Source: Sporopachydermia quercuum
Lineage: Eukaryota
DNA: 64,000 nucleotides
Direction: 5' to 3'
Assembly (NCBI GenBank): GCA_001599295.1
Contig: BCGN01000001.1
Location: forward strand, 1,302,001 to 1,366,000
This document shows positions 49,817-61,193 of this stretch, in pieces (the first letter of the stretch is position 1; every line of letters starts with the position of its first letter). Position numbers and translations under genes: made by a program. The notes under the pieces were generated by a model. It was not told where the DNA came from and searched no databases. It saw only the letters and a list, made by a program, of their open reading frames with translations.

Positions 49817-51109
49817 AGAAGCCATCCTTCTGGGTACTTTTGCATAATCTCCGTTATTACTACAATTTCCGAACTGTTTTCATTCACCAGTATCCGTACA
49901 GTATTTATTGCTTGACAGTGAACCAGTTTATTGACTCAAGAAGAACAAATAACGAGGCAAAAACTCCATAAGCCTTAACAATAAGACTTGCCAATTCCAA
50001 CTACTACAAAATCATTCCACCTGAGTGTATCCTCTGCTCCAGCTAATACTATAACCCCCTTTTATCTACGTAGATCGACCTATTGCCTTTACATATGATG
50101 CATTTATCCATTACCTTACAAATTCGTGCATAATTATTCTCCAACAAAATTCGGTTTGGGCTTCCGTACATCAAATCTCAATCTCCTGTCCTTGTTTTCT
50201 GATTTCCGTTTTCCTACAAGAGTGGGGGGTCTCGTTTTGATCTCTTCAGGGGTAACCTACAGATGAGAATACTTTGCAAAAAATTTGAATTCAACCGAAT
50301 ATTCATAGTAGATCTATAAAGTTATCATCAGCATCACCAAGCAAAACAAGTCTTGCCTTTAGTCTCATCATTATCTACGATTTTGACCTACGAGAACTGC
50401 ATATTATCATCCACCATTTCAATCATTCCTTTAGTCTGGATCACATCATCAAGCATTCACAATGTATTTCGGAAACGATAAAAAAACAGCTATACTAATT
50501 CCGGAAATAATGTATACTCGCAGACTTCTCTCTTCCGTATAAATCTCCCCTCTGCAGAGAAAAATAATATGAAGACCGGAGAAGGATTTATTGACATAAA
50601 ACGTTCTATGCAGCATGTTCAAAGCCGGTTTTTAGTGATAAATGGTAACAGTGCTGTGAATTCATGGCTTGGAATTGACAGATGATTCATTCTTCTTTCT
50701 CGTATTAATGTGTTTTGTTTCTTTTTGAATCAAGGCCCACTCAAATCTCTTGCAATAATTCAGGTTTAATAAATATAGGTATGGCTAACACTAAATTCAC
50801 TTATTCAATCTTAAATAGGAAGTGTCCGGAAGTATCATGATCGGGCAAACGTCAGCCGGAAAAAGTAACTGTGGCACCTTACTTATTCTGAATGTTTTTA
50901 TTTTATTTTTTTATGTTTCGATTCATTTGATTCCGATGGATTTTTCTATTGTTCCTTAACGGAATAGATGTTTACAACCTACAGTAGAGGAAGAGAATTA
51001 GATCACGTGATACCCAATTGCTAGTCATCAGCTATTACTTAGTCGATACAGCAACTGAATAGTAAAAGTAATGGAATGAGGATGGTATTATGAGACTATT
51101 ATTATCTAT

Positions 51110-54100
51110 CTAAACTTTAGTTGTATGATTATCCTCCAATTTATCTTCGCCGTCAGAGATTAGGACAGTTGGAAGCTGGACCTCTAATTCATTTGACTGT
51201 TTCTTTTCTTGACCTCCAGATTCGCTTTCACTTTCCAATGGCACATCTTCAGTATCTTCTAGAGCAGCATCATTTTCTTGATTTTGATCTTCCTCATACT
51301 CCTTTGGTATATTAGGTAACTCTTTCGATAGTCTTTTCTCAGAACCTTCAACTCGAATGCTCGAGGAGTTTATCTTTATTCCCAATGGACTAATATTTCT
51401 CGGTCTAGTAAGGTTTCTTACATTCAAACGACCACTTCTTTCTGGTGACGATAAAGATAATTGTTTCAATTCTGGCTCAACTGTCAATTGTTGTATAGAT
51501 ATTGGTCCCCCTACATTCCCACCTTCAATATTTAAAGTATTAGTTGAGTTATTAAGTACCACACTCGAAGGACGACTATTTGATCGACTTCCTGGTCTTG
51601 AATGTCCTTCTGGTTTATATCCTTCTGGTTGTCGTAAAGCTGACTGCAGTCCATTTGAATCATTTTTCAATCTTTTGATATAATTCTCTTTGCATTTAGC
51701 CAAAACATTGGAGAACATAGCTTCACAATTAAATACTAAATCTTTCATCAACGAGGTAAACACAATATAATCATTGATTGTTACTGCTTGTGATAACATA
51801 CTATTAACTTCATTATCATCATTTCCTGTAACTAATTTCCTCACCCTGTCATTATATAAGAATTGATTATGAGGTCTTATGATCAATCTTGAGATTCTAC
51901 CTTTCTCACATATTTCTTCAAACTTTGATACTCTTAAAGACGCTATTTCAGACTCAGATAACTCAGTTTGCGTATTATTACTTTCCTTAGTTAAGATCTC
52001 GGTCAAGTGATATAAATGGTCACACATTAGCTTCAAGGAAATAACATTAGTCCATGACAGTTGCCCCATTTGCTTGGTAAGCAATTGCAGCCTTGTAGCT
52101 AAAGAAATATCTCTTGCATAAATAGATTTGAACATTTCGTAATTGGTGTAAGGTATCAAAGGATCAGGTAGCTCTAATAGGAATAATTTTAATGCCCCCA
52201 CAATAGTTGATGTTGGAATACCAGAGTAGACTTCAACATCAAACCCATAATCAATAATAGGTTTACCATCATTGTCCTCCATTTTTGGTTTTGAATTCCC
52301 AGGTAAATTCAAAGATTCCATAATTCTTTGTTTCAATCGATACACTACTGATAGATTTGCTTCTAAAGGATAACACCAAGCTTTTTCTAGTCCTCTGGTA
52401 AATGTACCGTCCAGTTCGGCAGCGCTCTTACTGAATTTTCCTTCTCCTTCATCCTTTGAAGATGCCACTTTTTCGTCAAAATCTTGTTTCTCCTTTCCCT
52501 TACTAATATCATCTTGCTTGACATGTTCAAACGGTTTGTCTTTATTTGGTTTAGTATCCACGTAACTTACGTTGGCAAGATACTCTAAAGTCTTCACTAG
52601 AAATTCAGGAGCATAGAAATGATCATCAATAATGAAATGATCATTTAACTCGTCGATAGGGATATCTGCAGGTGTTTTCTTGGTTAATGCAAAATAATGA
52701 TGCTGTTGGCGTTTAACTAAGATACTCAATTCAACACCAAACAGTTGATTCTTCAACCTAGTGGAAGGCTTTTTCAATTCACCTGTATCTTCCTTTCCTA
52801 GTTCTTCTGTATCAATGTCTACCGTCCGAGTATCATTATAGTAATCGGAATACACTGTTTCATTAGGAACAAAATAACCTGTGCATCTAGTATACATAAA
52901 ATTAGAAAACTGAAGATCAAGATTCAATCTTCTGAATACTCCTTGAGCTAATGCTTCAATTTCTCTAAATCCCGGTTGAATCTTGACAATTAGCGTATCG
53001 TGAATTTGTTTAAACACAGTGGCCAAAGCTTTAATTCTGGTTAGCTCAAATTTCTCCATAGACGAATAATGAGCTAGTATTATCTGTTCCAGGTCTTGTC
53101 TTTGCTTTTCTAATTCAATTAAGGCTGTTTGATACTGAACATCAGCTTCTTTAACAGCTTTCCGTATCACATCACTAGATTGCTGCTTCCCTTTAGCGAT
53201 TTGATTAGCCTTTGCTTTGATTGAAGACGCAATTGACTCAAAATAACTACCAAACTTCACGTTATCGCTATTTGCCTCACTGTTCAATGTTGATGCTTCT
53301 GAATATGACGATTCAGAGTCACTATCATCAGTCTCATCAGCACTCTCACCAGGTTTCTGAGTAGCTTTTTCTGCTGTGGCTATAGAAGACTCTTTATGTT
53401 TGAATTGATTTATTACACCTGATAAGCCAAATGTAGAGTCTGTCCATTCATAGCGTAGTTTGGGATCAAAATGACGATATTTTGTTGAGATCCCGCCAAT
53501 CAATGGCTTCAGAAATCCATAAGACACTAAATCAGAAGCAAATTTCTCTCTCCAAGCAACTGATTGATTGGTCTTACGAAGAAGATCACAACCTCTGATA
53601 TATAATAGTATATCTGAACCAGTAGAAACATTATGAGTTACAGTTCCTAAAGAGAATAGTTGATTATACCGGAAATCACCTCTAGGAGTTGTTTGAAGCA
53701 AGTTGTATAGAACTCTTGAGAATTCGTTCAGTGATAATGATTCCACACCTATTTTGATAAGTTTCGCACTAGGATTTTCTCTATAAGCTTTCAAATCAAA
53801 ATCACTTGATAAATCATTGGGATCATTAGTATTTTGCTCTTTTGTAACATCAGGTTTTGATGATGCTTGAAAGCGACCAGTTAAAGATTTTTGTAGTGCC
53901 CCAAAAGAACCCTTTTTAATTTCATGTATGCTGTTCCTCCTTTCAGTCAAGGGCTGCTTTTCGATCAGATCCAATTCAAGTATATTCTGCTGAACTGGTG
54001 ATACTGTGTCAGATTCTAACTCTTCTGGCTGCTTTTCGGGTATTGCTGCCAGATGAACAGAGTCTTCTAGCTCTTCGCATTTTGCTAAATATCTTTTACG

Positions 54101-54745
54101 GTATTTTTCACATTCAGTTATTTGTTTCTGATATTCACCATATTTAGATATCAAAAATAATCTGGAAGCTTTAACAGCTTTAGTATGAGAAGTCGTCCAA
54201 GCAGAGAATGGTCCAATAATGGAATCCTTCAATGTCGCAGCTATTTTCAGATGTATATCACCTTCTAGTTTCATTGATTCTAACGTTGCTTCATACAAGG
54301 AGAGTAAAGTTGTTGGTTTTGGGGGTTCTGGCGATGATCGAGGCGTAGATGCTTGTGACAGAGGTAGCTTTTCTCTACCTCTTGGAATCTCTAGTAATTG
54401 AGAATCATTTGATTTACTACTATTTGATTTGAACAATTGTATACCGGATTCTGTCATTTTCTTCACCTCTCCAATAAATTTATTATCGTTGAAATTTACT
54501 AAGTTATCGTCGTTATATTTGCCTGCTCCAAAACCATCTTTTCTGGGAGCATTTGTAAATATTAAGGCACCAAGCTTCTCACCATGTATTAGTTCAATTT
54601 CCATTCTAACTGTAAGCAAATCTACCACTTCCTGACATTCAACACAACCACGGAGCATCAGCTGGTACAAGATATTGATACCAGTGATATAATCTGACGT
54701 CCAAAACGAATCAACGAAATGGGCTTGGATCGGCATTCCTGTCAT
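51110..54745 (-). CDS. F-BAR + DEP + RhoGAP protein (Rgd2/Rga8-like)
   Basis: N-terminal FVDSFWTSDYITGINILY...RMEIELIHGEKL (FCH), DEP-like STGSDILLYI...DLVSYGFLK, and GAP-like LFGVEL...GALKLFLLELPDPLIP. Confidence 0.75.
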   Translation of the reverse strand: MTGMPIQAHFVDSFWTSDYITGINILYQLMLRGCVECQEVVDLLTVRMEIELIHGEKLGALIFTNAPRKDGFGAGKYNDDNLVNFNDNKFIGEVKKMTESGIQLFKSNSSKSNDSQLLEIPRGREKLPLSQASTPRSSPEPPKPTTLLSLYEATLESMKLEGDIHLKIAATLKDSIIGPFSAWTTSHTKAVKASRLFLISKYGEYQKQITECEKYRKRYLAKCEELEDSVHLAAIPEKQPEELESDTVSPVQQNILELDLIEKQPLTERRNSIHEIKKGSFGALQKSLTGRFQASSKPDVTKEQNTNDPNDLSSDFDLKAYRENPSAKLIKIGVESLSLNEFSRVLYNLLQTTPRGDFRYNQLFSLGTVTHNVSTGSDILLYIRGCDLLRKTNQSVAWREKFASDLVSYGFLKPLIGGISTKYRHFDPKLRYEWTDSTFGLSGVINQFKHKESSIATAEKATQKPGESADETDDSDSESSYSEASTLNSEANSDNVKFGSYFESIASSIKAKANQIAKGKQQSSDVIRKAVKEADVQYQTALIELEKQRQDLEQIILAHYSSMEKFELTRIKALATVFKQIHDTLIVKIQPGFREIEALAQGVFRRLNLDLQFSNFMYTRCTGYFVPNETVYSDYYNDTRTVDIDTEELGKEDTGELKKPSTRLKNQLFGVELSILVKRQQHHYFALTKKTPADIPIDELNDHFIIDDHFYAPEFLVKTLEYLANVSYVDTKPNKDKPFEHVKQDDISKGKEKQDFDEKVASSKDEGEGKFSKSAAELDGTFTRGLEKAWCYPLEANLSVVYRLKQRIMESLNLPGNSKPKMEDNDGKPIIDYGFDVEVYSGIPTSTIVGALKLFLLELPDPLIPYTNYEMFKSIYARDISLATRLQLLTKQMGQLSWTNVISLKLMCDHLYHLTEILTKESNNTQTELSESEIASLRVSKFEEICEKGRISRLIIRPHNQFLYNDRVRKLVTGNDDNEVNSMLSQAVTINDYIVFTSLMKDLVFNCEAMFSNVLAKCKENYIKRLKNDSNGLQSALRQPEGYKPEGHSRPGSRSNSRPSSVVLNNSTNTLNIEGGNVGGPISIQQLTVEPELKQLSLSSPERSGRLNVRNLTRPRNISPLGIKINSSSIRVEGSEKRLSKELPNIPKEYEEDQNQENDAALEDTEDVPLESESESGGQEKKQSNELEVQLPTVLISDGEDKLEDNHTTKV

Positions 54746-55752
54746 TACTAATGAATCAGTGTATTTATTTGTTTATGTTGATGATAATTGACAATGGCTT
54801 GATCAGTCAGGAAATTTCTTTTATTAATTTTATTATGAGAGGACTTCCAATACTATATTTTACTTCTATCCTTTAGCCACACTACTAAGACAAACAGCAA
54901 ATGTTGATTATAATGGCGATTTGGTGCGGTTGGTAAATCACAGCGACTAGTGAAGCTATTCTACTGCTGGTGATTTATTCATATTAACACAGAAAGTAAT
55001 TACAACGATAAGAAGAATAGGTATGCATGAAATAGGAAGATGCGTCTTGGGTGCATAACCTATTAATAGTAGTTCAGGCTGATACAACAATGTTAGTTGT
55101 TGATTTCATAAGATGAAGCTGTGAAAGAATGTTAGAATTTCTCAAGTTTTGAAATGATTTAGGAAATAATTGATTCTAATAAATGATGGTCCAATAGAGG
55201 AATGAAAACTCGTTACTGATGAGAGTTGGGGGTTGACTTCGCTTATTGAATGCTTTCGTTGCCTATGACCTGTCATCCAACAATAAAGTGATGTGCATTA
55301 CATGATATAACTATTACTGATATTCATTTGCTATTACTTTAACCTAAAATATAAATATTCTAATGATCAATTAAAGATCATTTTATTTATTTTTAATTGT
55401 TCCGTTGTTGGTAAACCAGTCAACTAACTGCGAATACAAGCCAATTCGACTGTGCAAGTATCATGCAAAGTCATGTAAGATCTTGCATACCCAATGTCCA
55501 AATATTATATGCCAACTGTCAATGTGTTAATTTACAGTTGATCAATTGGTTCCCTTCAAATGAATATAAATGCATCATATATTAAATTATTAAGATATTC
55601 AATTGACGTAAGAGGAGGAAGAAAGAATAAAGCTCAGTAGTATTATTGAGGGTTATCACCATTAGCTAACTGCTTGTTTCTTTACATCGTATCAATGCTG
55701 TTATGTACATTCAACTATACTCAACTCAGAAGTACTTTGTATATCTGATTAA

Positions 55753-56472
55753 TTATATTAAACCGCGCTTTCTATTTTGTTTCTTTCCAAATGCTGTACT
55801 AACAACTTCAAAGAAAAAAGTAATAAAATCCTGTAGTTTAGATATCACTAATTTTGCCAATCCAACTGATTTTCTCTTAACTTTTGCTGCAGAGGAATCA
55901 TCGTCAACTTGTAATCCTTGAAATGAACCTTTTCGTCCTGTAACTTCAGGTTGATCATGCATACTTGGTAAAATATTATCACCTACTGATAATGAAACAA
56001 ACAGTGAGAAAGGAATAAACCATATACATATTCCATAGAAAGATGCAACTTGTGCAAATGTTGGTATCGCTGGAGGTTTATACGCTGCACTCATACGAAC
56101 TTCTGGTGGTGGTAGTATCGTTTGAGCATTGAAATGTCTAAACCATAAGAAATGATTTAATAGCACCAACAAGCATGATGCAATGAATACTGGTGAAGAC
56201 AGTGAAATGTAAGGGAACTTCTTCAAGTTTTGCAAGTACACAAGATTCGTTGAAATAGATAATAGTGTTAGTAGAAAAGGAAACCCATCAAAAAGCCATA
56301 GTAGAACCAATATTCCAATTATTCCAAATATTGATCGGCTTAAAAACCTTTTAGTGAATTCTGAATGTTCCTCTACCAATTCGCTTAGATAGAACAATCC
56401 CGACGCTATAGAAAGGGTGAGAAATCCAAACCCTAACACGGTCCCAACATATGATAGTAGTGTGAAGAACAT
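55753..56472 (-). CDS. SVP26: ER-Golgi cargo adaptor Svp26/TEX261 (Erv26 family)
   Basis: FLTLSIASGLFYLSELVEEH, LVLLNHFLWFRHF and ASFYGICIWFIPFSLFVSLSVGDNILP; multi-TM. Confidence 0.9.
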   Translation of the reverse strand: MFFTLLSYVGTVLGFGFLTLSIASGLFYLSELVEEHSEFTKRFLSRSIFGIIGILVLLWLFDGFPFLLTLLSISTNLVYLQNLKKFPYISLSSPVFIASCLLVLLNHFLWFRHFNAQTILPPPEVRMSAAYKPPAIPTFAQVASFYGICIWFIPFSLFVSLSVGDNILPSMHDQPEVTGRKGSFQGLQVDDDSSAAKVKRKSVGLAKLVISKLQDFITFFFEVVSTAFGKKQNRKRGLI

Positions 56473-57483
56473 TGCTGCTGTTCTTGAGGACTAATTCTTC
56501 TTTAGCTAATACCGGTGGAAATATTTGTATGGTAAACCAGTGATAATGCAACTATAACGATAACGTTATTGAAAATGAAATTATAATAGAATAACCAATT
56601 GATATTCAGAAAGAACTCTTCTGCCTAAATTATTACTTCAGTGCTTACTACTGCTATCTATCACGCCCTTGATATATTTAATGGTACACGATAAACCAGT
56701 GTGTAAGTCAACCTATTGCACTGCACTATCAAATGACAACTATTGACTACTCTTGTTCAAATATAGCATCTTCTTCTAAACAAAATTATTAGCAAATTGT
56801 AATCAATAGTTATATTTCAAGAGTATAATACAATACCTTTCATTGAATGAATCTATTTAATTGATACTTTTATTATCTGTTCTTTCTTGTTTGAAGCGAT
56901 CAGCCCTTCGGTTCACAAAACAGACAAGACGAGACATGTGGCGAGGTGATAAGGAGAAATATACCCCGTATGGGACAATGAGTTTTGATCTAGACTTTGT
57001 TTTTTCAGCATTATGGAGAGTTAGTTAGTGATCGACATTACAATTCCCAGCTTATTTTTGGCAGGTAGCAATACTATAATTTGTCTAACTCGTTATGTAC
57101 AACTGTGTATATTTATGAAAATTTCAATAAGCTTTTGAATCTACACGCTATTGAAGCAGCTGATGTGTACCTACGTGTGCTCGCAGATGCGCTAATACTA
57201 AGGGTAATCCATTTCGAAATTATGCTTGCAACAACCCTTTAATGGAGAAGGTAAAAAAAAATGGAAAATCAATATGGCGTGTCCTACAGTTTTTGACAGT
57301 TCACTTAATGCTTGATTGAATGTTATTGTTTTTAATGCAATATTTAGGGGAATCTATAGGAAGAGTAAATTATAGGCAAATGCTAGAAATTTGCATTCAT
57401 AATAGTAGGCCGCGATTGGGTTGAGTTGTGGTTGCTGGTCATATCATCAGTTGATCAATTAACAATATAGCTTAGACATACTA

Positions 57484-60441
57484 TTATGTATGTTTGACAG
57501 ATAGAGCAGGTTCAAAATTTGGCAATACACAAATCCTGAAACAATCTCTGGAACAAAGAGCCTTTGCAGTGTGAATCATGTTACAATCTTGTTCGTTGTA
57601 TTGCAAATTCAATTGATACATCTTGTTCCATTGAAACAGAGTGTTCAATGGAGTAGTGACAGTTTTAGCTGTTTTCCGATCAATGAACTTCCTTATAATT
57701 TTCCATATATTGAAAAACGAAAATGATATCTTTGGATATAAACCAGTTGGTCTATGGAAAAATCCTTTGAGTATTTTCTTGGTGATAGACAGGAATGAAG
57801 CAAATTCACCAAATGAGTCTTTATGGTTCAGAAGAAAATCTAACTGTCCAATTACAATATATTGACTCACTTTATCTTGTGACCCGTCTTTGGTAACAAT
57901 TTCCCAGTATTTCTCAATACTTGAGAGGACTGATCTAGTTGGAATATTTGAGTTTAGCAGCAAATGCCAATATATCTGATCCGTTTCATTTGATGTACTA
58001 GTCAATAGTGACGCATCGGTGAATTTATCTACCTGGTATAACTGTACCAATTGATATCTAATGCTTTGCTCTGATATTCTCAAAACTTCACCGAAGGACT
58101 TTCGTGGGACTTTCTTTCTCAGAAATGAATTAAGCGAGTTCTGATATGGCACTTTGAGGAAATACTGTTGTATAACATAAGCTTCAGCCATATAAACGCA
58201 TTCTAAGCTCAATTCATAGTTGGAACTGAAAGACAATGTTCGATCATCATTATTAGGGTCATGTAGATACTCAGCAAGAACCGTTATTCTGTTCAGAATA
58301 TCATCGACATCAGTTTCAGGATCCAGTTCAAATAAATCATGTTCTAAGGGTGTGACAGCGCTAAGAATCTGCCTGAATATTTGTGTCAAGCTGTCATTAT
58401 CTATTTTTTTCTTTTTAATGAAAATCCAATGCTTTAGAGAATTTATCCATATACCAATTATATGTGATGCACGGAATCCTCCACTGGAGACACTTGTTTT
58501 CACCTTTTGGGCCAACAAGTTCCACTCATCAATCCTCTGTAAATCATGTTCTATCACGGAAGAGTAAAGAGGCCAAAATTCAGGGCAGTTTCTGATACAC
58601 TTTGTTACCAGTTCTTCTTTGACGTTTATCTGTAGATTCAAATTTAAAATTATCTCGATATAAATATCAAACAATAACTCATTATTGCATTGTTTGCTGC
58701 CCCAAAACAGTTGAAGAACGATCAGCAAAGTTTTCACGTTCATTGTATCATCAAATGACCTTATATATCTTGTTGACATGAAACCATCGATAGTGTTGCA
58801 AACTTGACAATCAAAATATTCTTCTATTGACATTTCTATTTCTTCGTTCGACTTGCAGCATATTGATATCCAATATGCTATTTCCTTCTTAAATGACACT
58901 CCTAGAAAATGTAAAACACCAATCACTAGTAGTAGTTTTCCCTCTTTTGTTTCAATATTTGTCAGAAACATTCTCATATCCTTATATAACGGATATCTAT
59001 AAGGATCATCATCAATATATCTTGAACAATGGAAATCGCCTGTTCTATATTGATAATCGAGTGCACGTTCATGGTCTAGCCAATTACTAATAGATCTCTC
59101 AAAACTCTCGTTATTATGGATCTCAACAGCTTCTAATATAGATACATCTTTATTCGTACAATCATTTTCCTCAATTTCATAAGAAAATCCACTTTCAATC
59201 AACCCAGTTGTGTATTCCATATTCCAAGAGTTAGTTTTCCAGACGTCTGATCGATCAATAGAAGAATACACATACTTCATAAACATTTCATCATAATATT
59301 TCTTATCTATCTCCCCAAGTCCAGTCATACTATCCGGTTCAAAGAAATTCACTTGCAATAGACTGAATACTACCTGTTCACTTATTTCAAAATAGCCTGC
59401 ATCACGATATATTGATACAACATCGAATAAAAATGTCAGATGGGCAGCATCTGACCATTTGCTGCTCCAGTGGTCACAAAATTTCGTAAGAGTATCAAGA
59501 AGCCAAGAGAAACTCACCTTGAGTATATCAACACTTCGAGCAAGAAACCCACAGTAACTATCAACCAACTTGGGACTAATAACTACTCTGTGACATAGAT
59601 GAAACCATTTTTCGTTGAGTTGATCAAAATCCAAAAAGTACTCTGCCAATCGAAGATAATCATGTATAAATTGTTTATCATTGATTTGATTGTCTGAATC
59701 TTTGAAAGCTCTTTCATAAACAGAATAAATGATCTCTCTTTCTGCTTCTAAGGTTCTAGATTGATACCTAGTTACACAATGATACTTCTCCTGTTGTAAC
59801 TTGATCATCTCTTTCCACAGATTGACATCAAGAACATTGGCATCAATCTTAGCTTGTAGAACCGCTATTTTTGATCTAATCTTCTCGCTGGTGTAACCAT
59901 CATAATCAAAAGTATTCGATTCACTGACAGGTTTGGTTTTAGGTTCTCTGCTTAACCGTTTATAATCTGGCTCATTGTCATTTTCATCACCACTATCGAT
60001 ATTAGGCAAATTGATTATATCTTTCTTATCATTGAACAGAATTTCAGATCTTGGCATAGTAGCAGTAGAAGATGCTTCAAGCTTTTCTTTTGCCACACGT
60101 TTCCCACTTCTGTTTCTATCATTGTTATTGTTATTTCTATTATTTGCATAGTGTAGTGATTTATTATTATCTTGTCTAATACGCTTAGGAAGTGATTTAT
60201 CTCTTGTTATGTCTGTATAGAAATTGTCTTCGTTGACTAGAACATTTGATGTATTTCTGTAGGATTGAACGGAGCTAAAGTTGCTCTTCGGCTGAACATT
60301 GATACTACTACTATCATTATTAGTACTGGTCCTATTGTTTTTATGACCGTCCTTTTCTTTCTTCTTGTCTTTTGAACTCTTCGAACACTTTGAACTCTTC
60401 TTTTGATTATTAGAAAAGGAAAAGCTTGGAAATGAACTCAT
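57484..60441 (-). CDS. Probable NRDE2/Nrl1-like spliceosome/exosome-associated HAT-repeat protein (divergent)
   Basis: MSSFPSFSFS plus a Lys-rich N-terminus, DVNLWKEMIKLQ, YRDAGYFEISEQVVFSLLQVNFF, WLDHERAL and DDDPYRYPLYKDM resemble NRDE-2 family motifs. ATG at 60441. Confidence 0.6.
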   Translation of the reverse strand: MSSFPSFSFSNNQKKSSKCSKSSKDKKKEKDGHKNNRTSTNNDSSSINVQPKSNFSSVQSYRNTSNVLVNEDNFYTDITRDKSLPKRIRQDNNKSLHYANNRNNNNNDRNRSGKRVAKEKLEASSTATMPRSEILFNDKKDIINLPNIDSGDENDNEPDYKRLSREPKTKPVSESNTFDYDGYTSEKIRSKIAVLQAKIDANVLDVNLWKEMIKLQQEKYHCVTRYQSRTLEAEREIIYSVYERAFKDSDNQINDKQFIHDYLRLAEYFLDFDQLNEKWFHLCHRVVISPKLVDSYCGFLARSVDILKVSFSWLLDTLTKFCDHWSSKWSDAAHLTFLFDVVSIYRDAGYFEISEQVVFSLLQVNFFEPDSMTGLGEIDKKYYDEMFMKYVYSSIDRSDVWKTNSWNMEYTTGLIESGFSYEIEENDCTNKDVSILEAVEIHNNESFERSISNWLDHERALDYQYRTGDFHCSRYIDDDPYRYPLYKDMRMFLTNIETKEGKLLLVIGVLHFLGVSFKKEIAYWISICCKSNEEIEMSIEEYFDCQVCNTIDGFMSTRYIRSFDDTMNVKTLLIVLQLFWGSKQCNNELLFDIYIEIILNLNLQINVKEELVTKCIRNCPEFWPLYSSVIEHDLQRIDEWNLLAQKVKTSVSSGGFRASHIIGIWINSLKHWIFIKKKKIDNDSLTQIFRQILSAVTPLEHDLFELDPETDVDDILNRITVLAEYLHDPNNDDRTLSFSSNYELSLECVYMAEAYVIQQYFLKVPYQNSLNSFLRKKVPRKSFGEVLRISEQSIRYQLVQLYQVDKFTDASLLTSTSNETDQIYWHLLLNSNIPTRSVLSSIEKYWEIVTKDGSQDKVSQYIVIGQLDFLLNHKDSFGEFASFLSITKKILKGFFHRPTGLYPKISFSFFNIWKIIRKFIDRKTAKTVTTPLNTLFQWNKMYQLNLQYNEQDCNMIHTAKALCSRDCFRICVLPNFEPALSVKHT

Positions 60442-61193
60442 CTTGTTGGTAGTTAAGCTATCTGATGATATGCTATCTCTAACTGTCTTTATCAACTCTC
60501 TATTTCCATGTAAAACTATGATAGACAGCAATTACAATAATAAGTTCATAATCATATTAGACTTTACATCACTTACAACGTGAAGTATCTTTGAATCGAC
60601 TTGACCATTCCCCAAGTATAGACATCTTTCTCCACACTATTTATTCTCACAGAGCTAATGTAACCTTTGACCTTTACCGAACACAGTAAACACAAGAAAG
60701 ATATTTCTTTGATACAACAAGTGAACTAACAGCTTCATAGCTGGTATTTACCATCATAGTCATACAAACAACCATTTCTATTCTATTGTATACCTAGGAT
60801 CATAGTAATAAATAGTACATTGTTTCCTAGTAAGGTTCTCTGATGATGATGAGACGTGATGATAATCAAAAGACGATTATCTAAAGAAGAATTGACTGTT
60901 GATTTTTGTTACGAGTACTTACAATAAGAATATATAGAAATAACTAACATTTCTCAACGGTAAAAGTAAAAAGTAGAAAACAACTTGATATTTTATTGTT
61001 CATTGCTGATTTATTTTTTCAAGAAAGCTTGGTCTAACTAGCAAACTGCACTGTGATTGCACGTAGAACGCGTTCCAGCAAGAAAGATACTTTCTTGACT
61101 GGCAGCTGAAGCTAGATGATAAGATCAGTTACCAGAAAAACAACTTCATTGATTGTTATTGGAATATTTTGGAACGAATAGAGAGATATCGCG

